A DNA stretch of 63,959 nucleotides, filler included, from Thermodesulfobacteriota bacterium (GCA_036381125.1; 5 parts of 5 records of this genome joined end to end with filler, not necessarily neighbours in it); one strand, 5' to 3'. Positions 52,255 to 62,880 are shown, counted from the first letter of the whole stretch. The notes: generated by a model not told the origin, from the letters alone. A program made the numbers and translations.

Positions 52255-53061
52255 ATGACGGATCGACCTGCCGAGACGTGGTCCGGCGCGGACGCCTACG
52301 AGCGGTACGTGGGGCGCTGGAGCCGGCTCGTGGCCGCGGACTTCGTCGCGTGGCTCGGTCGGCCGCCCGGCGCCGCCTGGCTCGACGTGGGGTGCGGGAC
52401 CGGCGCCCTCGGCGAGACCGTCCTTGCCCTCGCCGCGCCGGCGCGCGTGGAGGGGGTCGACCGCTCGGCGGCGTACGTCGCCCACGCGCGGGCCCGTCTC
52501 GGGGGCCCCAGGGCGGCATTCGCCGAAGCGGACGCCGAGCGCCTCCCGCACGCGGACGGGACGTTCGACGTCGTCGTCTCGGGCCTGATGCTGAACTTCG
52601 TCGCGCGCCCCGAGGTCGCCCTGACCGAGATGGCGCGGGTCGTCCGGCCGGGCGGCGTCGTCGGGGCGTACGTCTGGGACTACGCGGGGGGGATGGAGTG
52701 CATGCGCCGCTTCTGGGACGCCGCGGCGGCGCTCGACCGGGAGGCCGCGGAGCTCGACGAGGGGCGCCGCTTCCCGCTCTGCCGACCCGAGGCGCTCGAG
52801 GCGCTGTTCCGAGGCGCGGGTCTGGCCGAGGTCGCGTCGCGGGCGATCGACGTGCCGACGCGGTTCCGCGACTTCGACGACTACTGGTCGCCCTTCCTCG
52901 GCGACCAGGGCCCGGCGCCGGGCTACGCCGCGAGGCTCGACGAGGCGCGGCGGGCGAGGCTTCGCGAGCGACTGCGCGCGGCGCTGCCGACCGGCGCCGA
53001 CGGCGCCATCGACCTCGTCGCCCGCGCATGGGCCGTCCGCGGGGTGAGGCCGGGCGCGTAG
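52255..53061 (+). CDS. Class I SAM-dependent methyltransferase
   Basis: AYERYVGRWS, WLDVGCGTG, RVVRPGG, YVWDY (start 52234 or 52255). Confidence 0.9.
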   Translation: MTDRPAETWSGADAYERYVGRWSRLVAADFVAWLGRPPGAAWLDVGCGTGALGETVLALAAPARVEGVDRSAAYVAHARARLGGPRAAFAEADAERLPHADGTFDVVVSGLMLNFVARPEVALTEMARVVRPGGVVGAYVWDYAGGMECMRRFWDAAAALDREAAELDEGRRFPLCRPEALEALFRGAGLAEVASRAIDVPTRFRDFDDYWSPFLGDQGPAPGYAARLDEARRARLRERLRAALPTGADGAIDLVARAWAVRGVRPGA

Positions 53062-53111
53062 CGCGACCGGGCCGGCGGGCGAAGCGCGGCCGTTTCGGGT
53101 AGCCTCTGGCC

Positions 53112-53321
53112 ATGGCCAGGCGGCGGATCGTCGGCTTCCATCAGGACGAGGAGCGCCACTGGGTGGCCGACCTCGAGTGCGGCCACGGGCAGCACGTTCG
53201 CCACAGGCCGCCGTGGCAGGTGCGGCCGTGGGTGACCACGCCCGAGGGGCGCGCGCGCATGCTCGGCGCCCGGCTCGAGTGCGTGCGATGCGAGGGCGCG
53301 TCGTCGGACGCCGTGACGTAG
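53112..53321 (+). CDS. DUF3565 domain protein
   Basis: IVGFHQDEERHWVADLECGHGQHVRHRPPWQVRPWV...CVRC. Confidence 0.85.
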   Translation: MARRRIVGFHQDEERHWVADLECGHGQHVRHRPPWQVRPWVTTPEGRARMLGARLECVRCEGASSDAVT

Positions 53322-53336
53322 CCGGGGCAGGCGCGT

Positions 53337-53669
53337 CTACCTGGGGCTCGCCGAGGGCGATGCGGCCGGCGTCCCGTCGGAGCCTCTCCAGGCGCCCGAC
53401 TGGCCGGTCGTCGTCCCCGACCCGCCGGCCGCCGGCTGACCGGCCTGACCCGCTTGCCCGGTCGTTGCCGGCTGGCCGGTCGCGCCCGGCGGCCTCCCGG
53501 AGCCTTCCGACAGGATCTGCTCGGCGGTCGGGAACTGGCTCGGCACCTCCGTCGGGCTCGGGCCGTAGCCGCCGGTTGCGGCCTGACCGAACGCGGGGGC
53601 GGCCCCGAGGAGCGTGGCGCCGACGACCGCCAGGGCTGGTGCCGATCTCATCGCGTCGTCCTCCGTCAT
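53337..53669 (-). CDS. Hypothetical secreted low-complexity protein
   Basis: Signal peptide (APAFG-Q) followed by a G/Q/T/P-rich region. Confidence 0.45.
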   Translation of the reverse strand: MTEDDAMRSAPALAVVGATLLGAAPAFGQAATGGYGPSPTEVPSQFPTAEQILSEGSGRPPGATGQPATTGQAGQAGQPAAGGSGTTTGQSGAWRGSDGTPAASPSASPR

Positions 53670-53805
53670 GCCTCGAGGCGCCTCGACCGGGAGCCGCGCG
53701 CACGTGCGCCGTGGCGCGTCGCAGGCGGTGCGCCCCGGCGTCGTCAGCCTCGACGGGGCCGAGGGCTCGTTTGCCGCGCCGGGGCCGGGCGGTTAGGATG
53801 AGCAC

Positions 53806-54735
53806 ATGCGCATCGTCTCCCTCCTGCCCAGCGCGACGGAGATCCTGTTCCTGCTCGGCCTCGGCGACCAGGTCGTCGGGGTGAGTCACGAGTGCGACTA
53901 CCCGGCGGAAGCCGCCAGCCGCCCGGCGCTCGTCCGCCCGGCCGTCGATCCCACGCTCCCCAGCGCCGAGATCGACCGCCAGGTGTCGGCCAGGCTGGCC
54001 GCCGGGCAGGGTCTGTACCTGCTCGACGAGGCGCGCCTGGCCGACCTCGCGCCCGATCTCGTCGTCACGCAGGCCCTCTGCGACGTCTGCGCGGTCAGGC
54101 ACGACGAGGTGCTCGAGGCGGCGGCGCGGCTGCCGTCGCGTCCCGCCGTGGTCTCGCTCCTGCCGTCGAATCTCGCCGACGTGATGGGCGACATCCGGCG
54201 CGTTGCGGAGGCCACGGGACGGGTGCGAGAGGCCGCGCGCGTGGTGGCCGACCTCGAGGCGCGGATCGATGCCGTGCGGCAACGGGTGGCGGGGGCCGAC
54301 CGTCCGGTCACGGCCGCGATCGAGTGGCTCGACCCGATCATGATCGGCGGCCACTGGGTGCCCGAGCAGGTGAGCATCGCCGGCGGGACCGATCCGCTCG
54401 GCCGGGCGGGGGTGCCGTCGGCGAAGGTCGAGTGGCAGGCGGTGGTCGACGCGCGGCCCGAGGCGCTCGTCCTCATGCCGTGCGGCTTCGACCGGGAGCG
54501 CACGACGCGCGAGGCGCCGGCGGTCTCGCGCCGGCCGGGGTTCGCCGACCTGCCCGCGGTCCGGGCGGGCCGCGTCTTCGCGGTGAACGGCCACGCGTAC
54601 TTCAACCGGCCGGGACCCCGACTGGTCGACGGGATCGAGCTGCTCGCGCACCTCCTCCACCCGGAGCTGGTCTCCTGGCCCGCGGGGCTTCCGGCGTCGG
54701 CCGGCGGCCCGCTCGCCGCGCGGAGCGGTTCGTGA
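53806..54735 (+). CDS. Cobalamin/Fe-siderophore-type (BtuF-like) binding protein
   Basis: MRIVSLLPSATE, VSHECDYP, TQALCDVCAV, MPCGF, FNRPGPRL. Confidence 0.88.
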   Translation: MRIVSLLPSATEILFLLGLGDQVVGVSHECDYPAEAASRPALVRPAVDPTLPSAEIDRQVSARLAAGQGLYLLDEARLADLAPDLVVTQALCDVCAVRHDEVLEAAARLPSRPAVVSLLPSNLADVMGDIRRVAEATGRVREAARVVADLEARIDAVRQRVAGADRPVTAAIEWLDPIMIGGHWVPEQVSIAGGTDPLGRAGVPSAKVEWQAVVDARPEALVLMPCGFDRERTTREAPAVSRRPGFADLPAVRAGRVFAVNGHAYFNRPGPRLVDGIELLAHLLHPELVSWPAGLPASAGGPLAARSGS

Positions 54736-55165
54736 CGCGCGGCAACCCGGACCTCCTCTGGACGCCCGAGACGCTCGCGGCCCGCATGGAGGCCGACCCG
54801 CGGCTCCTCGTGCTCGACACCCGCTTCCCCGAGCAGTTCGCGATGGGGCACCTCCCCGGCGCCACGGCGTGCGACGTCTGGGCCATCTCGTTCCACGACA
54901 CGCGGCCCGGCTGCGCGGAGGCGTTCCTCTACACGCTCCAGCACTACCTGGAGATCCGGGGGGTCACGCTCGACCGTCCGGTCTGCTGGTACTCCGACTT
55001 CACGGACCTCAAGGCGGCGCGCGGCTTCTGGATCCTCGACTACTTCGGGCACGACGACGTGCACGTCCTCGACGGCGGCTACAACGCCTGGGTCGCGGCC
55101 GGCATGCCGGTCACCCGCGACGCCGTGCCGCCGACGGCGGCGGTCCTCACGCCGAGGCCGAGGCG
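54732..55165 (+). CDS. Rhodanese/sulfurtransferase, N-terminal part (truncated)
   Basis: LDTR, GHLPGA, ARGFWILDYFGH, VLDGGYNAW. Confidence 0.85.
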
Positions 55166-55265
55166 NNNNNNNNNNNNNNNNNNNNNNNNNNNNNNNNNNN
55201 NNNNNNNNNTTAATTAATTAANNNNNNNNNNNNNNNNNNNNNNNNNNNNNNNNNNNNNNNNNNNN
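55166..55265. other. Artificial contig linker
   Basis: N44-TTAATTAATTAA-N44. Confidence 0.98.
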
Positions 55266-56315
55266 CGGGTGCTCCTCGTCAACCTCGACGCCATGGGGAC
55301 GGTCCTCAGGACGACCTCGCTCCTGCCGGCGATCCGCAGGAAGTACCCGGACGCCCACGTGACCTGGGTCACGGCGAAGGCCTGCCTGCCGCTCCTCGAG
55401 GGCAACCCGTTCGTCGACCGCGCGGTGCCGTTCGACCCGGTCATGGTCGACTGGCTCGCCGCGCAGCGGTTCGACGTGGTCCTCTCGTGCGACAAGTCGC
55501 GGGCCGCCGCCTCGCTCGCCATGCGGGTCGAGGCGCCGAGCAAGCTCGGCTACGGCATCGACCGGTCGGGCGCCATCGTCCCGCTCAACGCCGAGGCCGA
55601 GGAGCACTACGGCCTGGGGCTCGACGACCAGGCGAAGTTCTTCGCGAACCGCAAGACCGAGCAGCAGCTCCTCACCGAGGCGCTCGGCCTCCCCTTCGCG
55701 CGCGACGAGTACGTGCTCGTCCTCTCCGACGAGGAGCGGCGGTTCGTCGACGAGGCGCGGCGCCGCCTCGGGCTCGAGGGGCCGGACCCGGTCGTCGCGC
55801 TCAACACCGGCTGCTCCGACCTCTTCCCCTACAAGAAGCTGCCGGTGGCGCAGCAGGCCGAGATCGCCGACCGGGTGCACGCGGAGTTCCCGGGCGTGCG
55901 GGTGGCGCTCCTCGGCGGGCGGGAGGACACCGAGCGCAACGCCGAGATCGCCAGGCTCGCGAAGACCGGCGACCGCATCGTGCAGACGCCGACCACCGAG
56001 GGGCTCCGCAGGGGGATCCTCTACACCGACCTGGCCGACCTCGTCGTCTCGGGCGACAGCCTCGGCATGCACATGGCGATCGCCCTGCGCAAGCCGGTCG
56101 TCGCCTGGTTCGGCATCTCCTGCGAGCAGGAGATCGACCTCTTCGATCGCGGCGAGAAGCTCGTGGCGCACGTGCCCTGCCGCCCCTGCTGGAAGCGGGC
56201 CTGCGAGCTCGAGCCGAAGTGCTACGACCGGGTCTCGACGGACGAGGTGGTCGCCGCGGTGGGCCGCCTGCTGCCGGCGGCGCGCGAGGCGGCGTCGAGG
56301 CGCCGAACGAGATGA
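55266..56315 (+). CDS. Glycosyltransferase family 9 (heptosyltransferase-like), 5'-truncated
   Basis: LDAMGTVLRTT, VSGDSLGMHMAIAL, CRPC. Confidence 0.87.
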   Translation, partial: RVLLVNLDAMGTVLRTTSLLPAIRRKYPDAHVTWVTAKACLPLLEGNPFVDRAVPFDPVMVDWLAAQRFDVVLSCDKSRAAASLAMRVEAPSKLGYGIDRSGAIVPLNAEAEEHYGLGLDDQAKFFANRKTEQQLLTEALGLPFARDEYVLVLSDEERRFVDEARRRLGLEGPDPVVALNTGCSDLFPYKKLPVAQQAEIADRVHAEFPGVRVALLGGREDTERNAEIARLAKTGDRIVQTPTTEGLRRGILYTDLADLVVSGDSLGMHMAIALRKPVVAWFGISCEQEIDLFDRGEKLVAHVPCRPCWKRACELEPKCYDRVSTDEVVAAVGRLLPAAREAASRRRTR

Positions 56316-57328
56316 GCGACGGCAAGGCCCTCGTCATTCGCCTCGGCGCCCTGGGCGACGTGCTGCACACGACGCCGACGGTGCGGGCGCTCGCGGCGGC
56401 CGGGTACGCGGTGGACTACCTGACCGGCCCGGGCGCGGCGCCGCTCGTGGAGGGGCAGCCGGACATCCGCCGCGTCCTCCGCTACGATCACCGGCGGGCC
56501 GACCGGGGCGTCGCCGGGTTCCTGCGCCTGGCGCGCCGCATCAGGGCCGAGCGCTACGACGTCGTCGCCGATCTGCAGGGCAACACCCGGTCGTGGCTGA
56601 TCGCGCTGGCGGCGGGGGCCCCGAAGCGGGTGCGGTACCGGAAGGACCGGCCCGGGACGCCGCGCCACGCCGTGCAGAACTTCGCGGCGACGCTCGCCCC
56701 CCTGGGACTCGCGGCGGAGCCGGGCGCGCCGCGCTTCGTGCCGCCCCCACCGGCGCGCGCCGCGGCGGAGGCCGCGCTCGCCGACGCGGGCGGCGTGCCG
56801 GCCGGCCGCGCGCTGGTGGCGCTCCACATCGGCGCCTCGCAGCCGCTCAAGACCTGGGCGCCGGCGCGATTCGGGCGGCTCGCGGCGCTCCTCGCCGCCG
56901 AGCCCGGCCTCTCGGTCGCGCTCACGAGCGCGCCGGCCGATCGCGCGGCGGTCGACGAGGCGCTCGCGGCCGCCCGGGACGCCGGCGTCGGTCCCGGCCG
57001 CCTCCTCGACCTCGGCGGCCGCCTCGACCTGGCGGCGCTCGGCGCCTGCTACGCGCGCGCGGCCGCCGTGGTCGTGGCCGACACCGGCCCGCTCCACCTG
57101 GCGGCGGCGGCCGGCGCGCGGGCGGTGGGGCTCTTCGGTCCGACCGATCCGGTGCGCACCGGTCCCTACGGTCCGGGGCACCGGGTGGTGCAGACGGCGC
57201 TCGACTGCGTCCCCTGCCGGGCGAAACGGTGCCGCAGGTTCGACCGGCCGCGCGCGTGCCTCGAGGAGATGTCGCCGGAGACGGTTTGCGAGGCCGTCCT
57301 CGCGGTCATCGGGAGGGAGCGACTGTGA
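56312..57328 (+). CDS. Glycosyltransferase family 9 (LPS heptosyltransferase)
   Basis: RLGALGDV, DLQG, DTGPLHLAAA, LFGPT, CVPC. Confidence 0.9.
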   Translation: MSDGKALVIRLGALGDVLHTTPTVRALAAAGYAVDYLTGPGAAPLVEGQPDIRRVLRYDHRRADRGVAGFLRLARRIRAERYDVVADLQGNTRSWLIALAAGAPKRVRYRKDRPGTPRHAVQNFAATLAPLGLAAEPGAPRFVPPPPARAAAEAALADAGGVPAGRALVALHIGASQPLKTWAPARFGRLAALLAAEPGLSVALTSAPADRAAVDEALAAARDAGVGPGRLLDLGGRLDLAALGACYARAAAVVVADTGPLHLAAAAGARAVGLFGPTDPVRTGPYGPGHRVVQTALDCVPCRAKRCRRFDRPRACLEEMSPETVCEAVLAVIGRERL

Positions 57329-58368
57329 CGGAGCCGACGCCCGGCCTCGTGGCCGCGATCGACCGCTTCGCCGGCGTGCGCGTGCTCGTCGTCGGCGACG
57401 TCATGCTCGACCTCTACATCCGCGGCCAGGTGAACCGGATCAGCCCGGAGGCGCCGGTCCCGGTGGTGGAGGTCTGGGACGGGGGGCGGGGCGAGCAGTA
57501 CTGCCTCGGCGGCGCCGCCAACGTCGCGCGCAACGTCGCGGCGCTCGGGGGGCGCGCCGTGCTCGCGTCGGTCGTCGGCGGCGCCACCGGCTCGGCGCGC
57601 GAGGCGGCCGAGCGGATCGTCGGGGCCTGCACCGACGCGCGGGACGACGAGGGGCGGCCGCTCCTGGGCCGCATCGTCCCGGAACTCGAGGTCGACCCCG
57701 CACGGCCGACGACGGTCAAGACGCGCATCGTCGCCCACGAGCAGCACGTGGTCCGCTTCGACCGGGAGTCCAGGGCGCCCTTGCCGGCCGACGTCGAGGC
57801 GCGGCTCGCGGGCCGGCTCGACCGCGTGCTGGCGGACGCGGACGTGGTCCTGGTGTCGGACTACGCGAAGGGGGTCGTCACCCCGTCCCTCTTCGCCGCG
57901 CTCGCCCGCGCGGCGCGGGCGGCCGGGGTGCCGCTCCTGGTCGACCCGAAGGGGCCGGGCTTCGCCTTCTACCGTGGGGCGCGGCTGATGACCCCCAACA
58001 AGAAGGAGGCGTTCGAGGCGGTGGACGCCGCCACGGCCGCCACCGGCGACCTCGACCGCGTGGCGGCCGCCATGCGCGCCCGCTACGAGGTCGAGGCGGT
58101 GCTCGTCACGCGAGGGGCGGAGGGGATGAGCCTCTACGACGCCGACCGGCCCCGCATCGACATCCGCGCCACCGCGCGACAGGTGTACGACGTGACCGGC
58201 GCCGGCGACACCGTCGCGGCGACCATCGCGCTGGCCCTCGGCGCGGGCGTGCCGCTCGCCGACGCGGCGCGGCTCGCCAACGCCGCCGCCGGCGTCGTGG
58301 TCGGCCGGCTCGGCACGGCCGCGGTGACGCCGGCGGAGCTGGCGGCGACCCTCGCCGAGCGGACGTAG
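57325..58368 (+). CDS. rfaE1: D-glycero-beta-D-manno-heptose-7-phosphate kinase
   Basis: VGDVMLD, RISPEAPVPV, GGAANV, SDYAKG, DVTGAGD. Confidence 0.93.
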   Translation: MTEPTPGLVAAIDRFAGVRVLVVGDVMLDLYIRGQVNRISPEAPVPVVEVWDGGRGEQYCLGGAANVARNVAALGGRAVLASVVGGATGSAREAAERIVGACTDARDDEGRPLLGRIVPELEVDPARPTTVKTRIVAHEQHVVRFDRESRAPLPADVEARLAGRLDRVLADADVVLVSDYAKGVVTPSLFAALARAARAAGVPLLVDPKGPGFAFYRGARLMTPNKKEAFEAVDAATAATGDLDRVAAAMRARYEVEAVLVTRGAEGMSLYDADRPRIDIRATARQVYDVTGAGDTVAATIALALGAGVPLADAARLANAAAGVVVGRLGTAAVTPAELAATLAERT

Positions 58369-58506
58369 GGAGCCGGGCCGCCCGGCATGCGCGATCGATC
58401 CGGCCGCGCGGAACTGTCCGGGAAGCGGGATCGAGCGGGCTGACGGCGGTCCGATGGCCGATTGGCGGCTCAAGAAGTTCGGTCACCGCGGTACCGTGAG
58501 ACGATC

Positions 58507-59403
58507 ATGGCGTTGCGGAGCATGACAGGCTTCGGGCGGGGAGAGGCGACGGCGCCGGGCGGCCGGGTGGTGGTCGAGGCGCGGTCGGTGAACCACCGCT
58601 TCTGCGAGGTGGGGCTCAGGCTGCCGGCCCGCTACGGGCCGATGGAGGCCCGGCTCCGCAAGCTCGTGACCGAGCGGGTGGCGCGCGGCCGGGTCGACCT
58701 CACCGTGACGGTGCAGGCCGACGGGGGAAGCCTCCGCGCGCCGGCGATCGACTGGGAGGTGGCCGAGGGGCTCCGGGCGCGCCTCGCGGAGCTGAAGTCC
58801 CGGCTGGGCCTGCCGGGCGAGGTCGACCTGGCGCTCCTGGCGGCACAACGGGGCGTCTTCGCGGCCGAGGAGCCGATGCCCGAGCCGGCGTGGGAGCCGC
58901 TCGCCCAGGCGACCGGCACGGCCCTCGACGCCCTCTCGGCCATGCGGGCGGAAGAGGGGCTCGCCCTGACGGTCGACTTCCGGAGCCGCCTCGACTGCAT
59001 GCGGGCGCTGGTGGAGGAGCTGGCGGCGCGGGCGCCGAGCGTGCCGGCCGAGTACCGGGAGCGCCTGGCGGCCCGCCTGCGGACCCTGCTGGGGGACGGC
59101 GGATCGGGCCAGGCGGCCCCGGTTCTGGACCCCGGGCGGCTCGAGTTCGAGGTCGCGCTCCTGGCCGATCGCGCCGACGTGACCGAGGAGATCACGCGGC
59201 TGCGCAGCCACCTGGGCCAGATCGGGCAGCTCCTCGACGCCGGCGACCCGGTGGGGCGCCGGCTCGAGTTCCTCCTCCAGGAGGTCCACCGGGAAGTGAA
59301 CACGATCGGCTCCAAGTCGACGGACATGGCGATCACGCAGGCCGTCCTGTCGCTCAAGGCCGAGCTCGAGCGCCTGCGCGAGCAGGTCGCCAACGTCGAG
59401 TGA
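58507..59403 (+). CDS. yicC: YicC/YloC family endoribonuclease
   Basis: SMTGFG, SVNHR, DVTEEITRL, REVNTIGSK, REQVANVE. Confidence 0.94.
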   Translation: MALRSMTGFGRGEATAPGGRVVVEARSVNHRFCEVGLRLPARYGPMEARLRKLVTERVARGRVDLTVTVQADGGSLRAPAIDWEVAEGLRARLAELKSRLGLPGEVDLALLAAQRGVFAAEEPMPEPAWEPLAQATGTALDALSAMRAEEGLALTVDFRSRLDCMRALVEELAARAPSVPAEYRERLAARLRTLLGDGGSGQAAPVLDPGRLEFEVALLADRADVTEEITRLRSHLGQIGQLLDAGDPVGRRLEFLLQEVHREVNTIGSKSTDMAITQAVLSLKAELERLREQVANVE

Positions 59404-59425
59404 TGGCCGGGCGGGACGGCGTGGC

Positions 59426-60124
59426 ATGACCGGCCGGGTGGGAGCGCCCGGCGCGTCCGGGGGGGCGGACCGAGCGCTCGAGCCGCGCAGCTCGGGTCTC
59501 CTCTTCGTCCTGTCGGCACCCTCCGGGGCGGGCAAGACCACGATCTGCAAGGCAATCCTTGATTTTTTCACAGATATTCGGCAAAGTGTGTCACACACGA
59601 CCCGGTCCCCGCGAGCCGGGGAGCAGGACGGCGTCGACTACCACTTCGTCTCCCCGGAGCGGTTCCAGGAGATGATCGACGCCGGGGCCTTCGTGGAGTG
59701 GGCCGAGGTCTACGGCAACCGGTACGGCACCTCCTGGGCGAGCCTCGAGGGCATTCGGGCCCAGGGGTTCGACGTGATCCTCGACGTTGACACCCAGGGG
59801 GCTTCCAGCATCCGGCGGCGGTTTCCGAGCGCCATCTCCGTCTTCGTGCTCCCGCCGTCGCTCGACGCCCTGGCCGAGCGCTTGCGGGGACGCGGGACCG
59901 AGCAGGGTCGCGTGCTCGAGCATCGGCTCGCCAAGGCCCGGTCGGTCATTCCCGAGGCGGCGTCGTTCGATTACATCATCGTCAACGACGACGTTTCGAA
60001 AGCCGTCACGGAGCTGCGCGCCATCATCCAGGCCGAGCGAGCGCGGACCCGTGTCCGGCTGCCCCAGGTCATGCACCGGTACCCCGTGGCCTGGGCCACG
60101 GGGCGCCAGGACAGGAAGGAGTAA
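59426..60124 (+). CDS. gmk: Guanylate kinase
   Basis: SAPSGAGKT, SHTTR, DGVDYHF, YGT. Confidence 0.95.
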   Translation: MTGRVGAPGASGGADRALEPRSSGLLFVLSAPSGAGKTTICKAILDFFTDIRQSVSHTTRSPRAGEQDGVDYHFVSPERFQEMIDAGAFVEWAEVYGNRYGTSWASLEGIRAQGFDVILDVDTQGASSIRRRFPSAISVFVLPPSLDALAERLRGRGTEQGRVLEHRLAKARSVIPEAASFDYIIVNDDVSKAVTELRAIIQAERARTRVRLPQVMHRYPVAWATGRQDRKE

Positions 60125-60127
60125 CCG

Positions 60128-60340
60128 ATGGCTCGCGTCACCGTCGAAGACTGCCTCGAGAAGGTCGAGAACCGCTTCGCGCTCGTGCTCCTGGCCGCTC
60201 GCCGCACGAAGCAGCTCCTCAAGGGCTCGCAGCCCCTGATCGAGAAGACCGACAACAAGCCGATCGTGACCGCGCTCCGCGAGATCGCGGCCGGAAAGGT
60301 TGCCTATCAGGACTCGCAGAAGGCCGTTCGCGAGGGGTGA
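60128..60340 (+). CDS. rpoZ: RNA polymerase omega subunit
   Basis: [10 protein letters not shown]...NRFALV...ALREIA. Confidence 0.95.
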   Translation: MARVTVEDCLEKVENRFALVLLAARRTKQLLKGSQPLIEKTDNKPIVTALREIAAGKVAYQDSQKAVREG

Positions 60341-60395
60341 GGCGCCGCCCGGGCGCCCGGCTCCCCGCGCCGGCCCCCGGGAGCAGGACCGCGGC

Positions 60396-62543
60396 ATGAT
60401 CCGCCTCAACGACATCCTCGACAAGGTCACGGCCTACAACCCCAAGGCCGACCTCGACGTCATCAACAAGGCCTACGTCTTCTCCGCGAAGGTCCACCAG
60501 GGTCAGATCCGCCGCTCGGGCGAGCCGTACCTCTCGCACCCGCTCGAGGTCACGGCCATCCTCTGCGACCTCAAGCTCGACGTCGCCTCCATCGCGACGG
60601 GGCTCTTGCACGACACGGTCGAGGACACCTACGCCACGCTGGACCAGGTGCGCGACCTCTTCGGCGACGAGATCGCCGAGCTGGTCGACGGCGTGACGAA
60701 GATCAGCAAGATCAGCTTCCAGACGGCCGAGGAGCAGCAGGCCGAGAACTTCCGGAAGATGCTCCTCGCGATGGCGAAGGACATCCGCGTCATCCTCGTG
60801 AAGCTCGCCGACCGGCTTCACAACATGCGCACGCTCGACTACATGCCGGCGGTCAAGCAGGCGCGCATCGCGCAGGAGACGCTCGACATCTACGCCCCGC
60901 TCGCCAATCGGCTCGGCATCGCCTGGGTGAAGAGCGAGCTGGAGGACCTCTCGCTCCGGTACATCAAGCCGGACATCTACTACGAGCTGGTCACGAAGGT
61001 CGCCAAGACCAAGCGCGAGCGGCGCCGCTACATCGACGAGGTGAAGGGGATCATCTCCGACAAGCTCACCGAGTTCGGCATCGTCGCCGACGTGACGGGC
61101 CGGCCGAAGCACTTCTTCTCGATCTACGAGAAGATGCGCCAGCAGAACCTCGACTTCGAGCAGATCTACGACCTCGTCGCCTTCCGGTGCATCGTCGGCT
61201 CGGTCAAGGCGTGCTACGAGGCCCTCGGCATCATCCACGCCCTCTGGAAGCCGGTCCCGGGCCGCTTCAAGGACTACATCGCGATGCCGAAGGCGAACGG
61301 CTACCAGTCGCTCCACACGACGGTCATCGGCCCCTACGGCGAGCGGGTCGAGGTGCAGATCCGCACCGAGGAGATGCACCGGGTCGCCGAGGAGGGGATC
61401 GCCGCGCACTGGCGCTACAAGGAGGGCAAGGCCGACGGGCTGTCGAAGGCCGACCAGCAGTTCGCCTGGCTGCGCCAGCTCCTCGAGTACCAGCAGGAGG
61501 TGCGCGACCCCAAGGAGTTCCTCGACACCGTCAAGCTGGACCTCTTCTCGGACGAGGTCTACGTCTTCACCCCCAAGGGGGACGTGAAGGCGTTCCCCCG
61601 TGGGGCGACGCCGATCGACTTCGCCTTCGCCGTCCACACCGACGTGGGGCTGCACACCATCGGCGCCCGCGTGTCGGGCCGGCTCGTGCCGCTCAAGTAC
61701 GAGCTGCAGAACGGCGACATCGTCGAGATCATCACGTCGAGCCAGGGGCACCCGTCCGCCGACTGGCTCAAGCTCGTGAAGACCTCGCGCGCCCGCTCGA
61801 AGATCCGGCAGTGGATCAAGGTGGAGCAGCGCGATCGCTCCATCCTGCTCGGCCGCGAGCTGCTCGAGAAGGAGTTCAAGAAGTACGACGCCGACTTCGG
61901 CAAGCTCTCGAAGGGCAAGGAGATGGACGCCGCGCTCGAGGCGCTCGGCGTGCCGGACCTCGAGGCGCTCCTGGCCACGGTCGGCTACGGGCGGATCTCC
62001 CCCTACCAGGTGGCGAGCAAGCTCCTGCCGCCGGAGGTCGTGCGGGAGCCGAAGGGGCAGGGGATCCTCGCCAAGGCGCTCCGGCGGCCGTCTCGTCGGG
62101 TCAGGAGCGCCATCCGGATCAAGGACATCGAGGACGTGCTGGTTCGCTTCGGCAAGTGCTGCAATCCGGTGCCGGGCGACCCGATCATCGGCTACATCTC
62201 CCGCGGCCGGGGCGTGTCGGTGCACCTGACCTCGTGCCCGACGACGCTCGGGTGGGATCCGGAGCGGCGCATCGAGGTCCAGTGGGACCACGACCTCAAG
62301 GAGGCGCGCCCCGTCAGGATTCAGGTTGTCGGCACCGACAAGAAGGGCCTCCTCGCCGAGGAGAGCGCCGCCATCAGCGCGAGCGAGGCCACGATCTCGA
62401 GCGCGCAGATCACGACCACGCCCGATCGCAAGGCAATCAACACGTTCGAGATCCTCGTGAGCGATCTCGACCACCTGCGGACGGTCATCAAGGCGCTCGA
62501 GCGCGTGAAGGGCGTGATCAAGGTGGAACGGGTGACCGCGTAG
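60396..62543 (+). CDS. rel: Bifunctional (p)ppGpp synthetase/hydrolase (RelA/SpoT homologue)
   Basis: Intact HD hydrolase (LLHDTVED), RFKD synthetase, YQSLHT, TGS, CC and ACT domains. Confidence 0.96.
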   Translation: MIRLNDILDKVTAYNPKADLDVINKAYVFSAKVHQGQIRRSGEPYLSHPLEVTAILCDLKLDVASIATGLLHDTVEDTYATLDQVRDLFGDEIAELVDGVTKISKISFQTAEEQQAENFRKMLLAMAKDIRVILVKLADRLHNMRTLDYMPAVKQARIAQETLDIYAPLANRLGIAWVKSELEDLSLRYIKPDIYYELVTKVAKTKRERRRYIDEVKGIISDKLTEFGIVADVTGRPKHFFSIYEKMRQQNLDFEQIYDLVAFRCIVGSVKACYEALGIIHALWKPVPGRFKDYIAMPKANGYQSLHTTVIGPYGERVEVQIRTEEMHRVAEEGIAAHWRYKEGKADGLSKADQQFAWLRQLLEYQQEVRDPKEFLDTVKLDLFSDEVYVFTPKGDVKAFPRGATPIDFAFAVHTDVGLHTIGARVSGRLVPLKYELQNGDIVEIITSSQGHPSADWLKLVKTSRARSKIRQWIKVEQRDRSILLGRELLEKEFKKYDADFGKLSKGKEMDAALEALGVPDLEALLATVGYGRISPYQVASKLLPPEVVREPKGQGILAKALRRPSRRVRSAIRIKDIEDVLVRFGKCCNPVPGDPIIGYISRGRGVSVHLTSCPTTLGWDPERRIEVQWDHDLKEARPVRIQVVGTDKKGLLAEESAAISASEATISSAQITTTPDRKAINTFEILVSDLDHLRTVIKALERVKGVIKVERVTA

Positions 62544-62664
62544 CGGCGACGTTCGGGGGGTGGAGAGGGGCCGGGCGCCGCCCGGCCGACCAATGAGCCC
62601 GGGAGGCCGTTGGGGAGGGGGTGCGGAGCGTCGTGACGTGCCGCGCGGAGTCCCCCTCCAGGCG

Positions 62665-62853
62665 CTATGCCTTCTGGACGAACCCGGACCGGATGCAGCG
62701 GGTGCAGGCGTTGATCCGCCGCACCGTGCCCGCGACGACCGACTTCACGCGCTGGATGTTCGGCCGCCAGAGCCGCTTGGTGGCGTTGTTGGCGTGGCTG
62801 CGGGAGTTGCCGACGCGCGGGCGCTTGCCGCAGACGGCACAGACCTGGGACAC
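62665..62853 (-). CDS. rpmB: 50S ribosomal protein L28
   Basis: GGAGG RBS, GTG start; SQVCAVCGK...[20 protein letters not shown]...CTRC. Confidence 0.93.
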   Translation of the reverse strand: MSQVCAVCGKRPRVGNSRSHANNATKRLWRPNIQRVKSVVAGTVRRINACTRCIRSGFVQKA

Positions 62854-62880
62854 GACTGACCTCCGGATGCCTGGGGAGCA

